This document shows, one piece after another, positions 61,395-64,000 of a DNA stretch of 64,000 bases (position 1 is its first letter; every line of letters begins with the position of its first letter). This DNA is from Thermoplasmatota archaeon (GTDB lineage: Archaea; Thermoplasmatota; E2; JACPAO01; JAHFTW01). The DNA is taken from positions 128,001 through 192,000 of the forward strand of contig JBFIHX010000004.1 in the NCBI GenBank assembly GCA_041601615.1. Direction: 5' to 3'. The translations under genes were made by a program, and so were the position numbers. Under the pieces are notes generated by a model. It had not been told where the DNA came from, did no database searches, and worked only from the letters and a program-made list of their open reading frames with translations.

Positions 61395-62279
61395 TCAGTG
61401 AATGTAGGTTCCGTTTACCCATTCGTTTGGCGCCGGCCCAAGCACCACGGCCCTACCAAACCCTTGCCAAGCAGCCGCGAGGACGTTCCCGGCGCCCCCG
61501 GGCAGGGTGCCGTGCATGTCGGTTTCGGTGTGCGAGAACACGGCGAGCGTCTCGGGGCTGAGGTAGCTGTCTTTCGCGCCCGTGTCCATGAAGTCGAGGG
61601 CGACGGGGCGGAACCGTCCTTCCGTTTCGTGGTGGTGGGTGCCGTGTTCGGGAATGAGCATCCAGAGGCGCACGGTTTCGTTGCCGCGAGCACCGGTGGG
61701 GGCCACGATGCCGTCGGTCTGGTAGCGGCCGTGGTCTGGGTCTCGGTGCATGGCGTGGGCTACTGGGGCGGCCAACGTTACCTGCATTTCCAAGAGATCC
61801 GTCACGGGAACATGCGCTTCCACGGCTTCTCGCAAGGGCCCAGGCGGCAGGCTCAGGCTTGTTGCAAAGAATTGGCGCGTGATTGCCCCGTCGTCCCACG
61901 GTGGCGGTAGGATGCGCACGCCCACGAAGCCGAGGTCTTGGCCGTTGCAGCGCAATGCAACGTGCCAATTGCCCGACGCTGGCCCGGAATCCAGCGGCGG
62001 GACTCCGTTCGTGGCGCCATACACGCGGGCGTTGCCAATATCAGCGCGGATGTCGGCCAACTCGAAGGGAGCTTGCGGCCCGAACTCGGCAAAGTACGCC
62101 ATCGGATACCAGGCGATGCCGGCGACTTGGACGCAGTTTGTGAGTGCCGCGACGGGTGCCAGCGGCGATTGTGCGGGTATTGCGGATTCGGGTTCTATTT
62201 CCTGGGAAACGTAGGCGGGCGCGGGCGACGAAAGGCAACCTGCGAGGGCCAAAGCCAGGACCAAGAGCACGGCGCGCAT
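61395..62279 (-). CDS. Lipoprotein of unknown function
   Basis: MRAVLLVLALALAGC lipobox. Confidence 0.72.
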   Translation of the reverse strand: MRAVLLVLALALAGCLSSPAPAYVSQEIEPESAIPAQSPLAPVAALTNCVQVAGIAWYPMAYFAEFGPQAPFELADIRADIGNARVYGATNGVPPLDSGPASGNWHVALRCNGQDLGFVGVRILPPPWDDGAITRQFFATSLSLPPGPLREAVEAHVPVTDLLEMQVTLAAPVAHAMHRDPDHGRYQTDGIVAPTGARGNETVRLWMLIPEHGTHHHETEGRFRPVALDFMDTGAKDSYLSPETLAVFSHTETDMHGTLPGGAGNVLAAAWQGFGRAVVLGPAPNEWVNGTYIH

Positions 62280-62424
62280 CGGGCAAAATACGGGCCGTGG
62301 CACAAACCACTTTCGGGGGCCGGCACCACGCACGCTCCCAGCACGACGAGTGCATCGATTGCTTCCTAGTCAATCCAGAACCGCCTGCCAACTCTTGAGT
62401 ACGCCCCGCCTTTGTTCATGCTCT

Positions 62425-63225
62425 ATGTCTTCCAAGACCTTGACGGCGGTATCCGTCGTTGCCGTCGCGCTGATGATGAACATGAGCCCTGCCCAGGCAA
62501 TTGTTGGTGGCGGCCTTGCCAGTCCCGGTGAATACCCATGGATGGCGGCCATCTACAACGATGACCCGAGCTATGGGCAATTCTGTGGCGGCACCCTCGT
62601 CGACGCCGACACCGTCGTCACCGCAGCCCACTGCGTCGAGGGCTTGCTCGGCATCAAATTCATCGACAACTTGGTCGACCGTTTGCTCTATGGAGAGCTC
62701 ATGGTAATGCTTGGCCGCGAATCGCTTTCCGGCAGCGGAGGCGAGGAAATCGCCGTGAGCAACGTCGTCGTCCACCCCAACTACCGCGGCGGCGGCAGCG
62801 ACATTGCAATCATCAAACTTGCATCCAACAGCGCACAGACCCCCATTGCCTACGCCGTGCCGGCCGACGCGAGCTACTACAGCACCGGCACCACCGCCAC
62901 CGTCACCGGCTGGGGCACCACCAGCAGCGGCGGGTCCAGCAGCAACAACCTGCGCGAAGTGGACGTTCCCATCGTCAGCGATACCTCCTGCCAAAGCAGC
63001 TACGGCAGCAGCCTAGAACCCAGTGTGGAAATCTGCGCCGGCTACCCCAACGGCGGCAAGGACTCCTGCCAAGGCGACAGCGGCGGCCCCCTCATCGTCA
63101 GCAAAGGCAGCGGCAAACTCCTCGTCGGCGTTGTCAGCTGGGGCAACGGCTGCGCCCGCGCCGGCTACCCAGGCGTCTACGCAGAAGTTGGAGCCCTGAG
63201 CAGCTTCATCACCGCCAACCTCTGA
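62425..63225 (+). CDS. Secreted trypsin-like serine protease (S1A)
   Basis: AQA-IVGG, CGGTL, TAAHC, DIA, KDSCQGDSGGP, VSWG.GCA...PGVY. Confidence 0.93.
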   Translation: MSSKTLTAVSVVAVALMMNMSPAQAIVGGGLASPGEYPWMAAIYNDDPSYGQFCGGTLVDADTVVTAAHCVEGLLGIKFIDNLVDRLLYGELMVMLGRESLSGSGGEEIAVSNVVVHPNYRGGGSDIAIIKLASNSAQTPIAYAVPADASYYSTGTTATVTGWGTTSSGGSSSNNLREVDVPIVSDTSCQSSYGSSLEPSVEICAGYPNGGKDSCQGDSGGPLIVSKGSGKLLVGVVSWGNGCARAGYPGVYAEVGALSSFITANL

Positions 63226-63315
63226 AGTTGAAACCGCAACCATCGGCCGGAACCGTGCCCTGGCTGCGCAGACTCCCACCGCCGAGCTTTTCCCGGTAGC
63301 GCCCGGTCGTCCCTC

Positions 63316-63639
63316 GTGGATCGGCTCCTGTGGTACGTGTTTGCCGGCAGTCGCGGCGGAGCCACGCGCGTGCGAATCATCAACGCCCTTCTCGATCGAC
63401 CCCACAACACCAACGAACTGGCCCGCCGCCTCGACCTCGACTACAAATCGGTGGAATACCAATTGCGTGTCCTTCTGAAGCACGTCTATGTCGTCACCAG
63501 TGGACCCGACTACGGGCGTCTGTACGAGCCGAGCAAGAACCTCGTTGCGGCGTTTGAGGAGTTTCAAGCAATCGCGGCAAAATTGGAGGGCGGAAGGAGC
63601 CAATTGGGGAAAGACCGAAATACATCTGCGGAGGGATGA
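63316..63639 (+). CDS. ArsR-like winged-helix regulator, archaeal type
   Basis: LLWYVFAGSRGG.TR.RII..L..RP.N.NELA..L.LDYK. Confidence 0.85.
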   Translation: MDRLLWYVFAGSRGGATRVRIINALLDRPHNTNELARRLDLDYKSVEYQLRVLLKHVYVVTSGPDYGRLYEPSKNLVAAFEEFQAIAAKLEGGRSQLGKDRNTSAEG

Positions 63640-63645
63640 CGTCGC

Positions 63646-64000
63646 ATGGGCTTTGCGATGGTGACGAATTTTTTCATCGTAGGCGTCAACACCATGCTGC
63701 TGACGATCCTCCTAGCCCTGTACGGCCGCATGATGGCCCAAGCCGCGACCCGGTTCACGCTGGGATTGATGCTGTTTGCCGGCGCCCTGTGGGCCCAGTG
63801 CGCGGTCCAGCTCTACTTCATGGCAACCATGATGCCCTTGTTCGTGGGTGGACTCCAGGGAGTCGTACTTGCCCAGAACCTCCTGGCCATGTTTGCCACG
63901 GCGTTCTTGCTGGCGGTCACCATCGACCCCGTCGGCGGACGCGCAAAACCAGAAGCCTCCGCCGACAGCGGCCGTCTGGACGTGGACCCAGACGTATCGT
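63646..64000 (+). CDS. Membrane protein partner of the ArsR-like gene (runs off the right edge)
   Basis: MGFAMVTNFFIVGVNTMLLTILLALYGRM...RFTLGLMLFAG; three hydrophobic segments. Confidence 0.65.
   Translation, partial: MGFAMVTNFFIVGVNTMLLTILLALYGRMMAQAATRFTLGLMLFAGALWAQCAVQLYFMATMMPLFVGGLQGVVLAQNLLAMFATAFLLAVTIDPVGGRAKPEASADSGRLDVDPDVS

Overview
High-GC archaeal chromosomal segment, most likely a Thermoplasmatota-like euryarchaeon (inference). Archaeal hallmarks are an archaeal-type TrpRS, a stand-alone GMP synthase subunit B, DUF2240 and TctA-like genes, CCA-less tRNAs, TATA-like leaderless promoters and a box C/D sRNA. Catalase, citrate synthase, methylmalonyl-CoA mutase, about 7 lipoproteins and 3 secreted serine proteases suggest an aerobic proteolytic heterotroph. 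It also carries bacterial-style operons (rimB-rimK-astE-like; sufBCDSUT). Highlights: (1) an integrase-less integron cassette array at about 58.2-60.1 kb, with two attC sites and matching cassette-boundary cores, next to two toxin-antitoxin modules; (2) an unannotated dual-guide box C/D sRNA at 13765-13830 whose guides match conserved 16S rRNA near G962 and C1402 (E. coli numbering); (3) three tandem secreted acidic proteins at 0.6-4.6 kb sharing an unrecognised C-terminal domain with mosaic similarity; (4) a candidate secreted protein / membrane TPR receptor / double-wHTH signalling operon; (5) two short duplication scars, at the guaA 3' end and the sufU 5' end. All calls are by eye from the sequence and ORF track; no searches were run.
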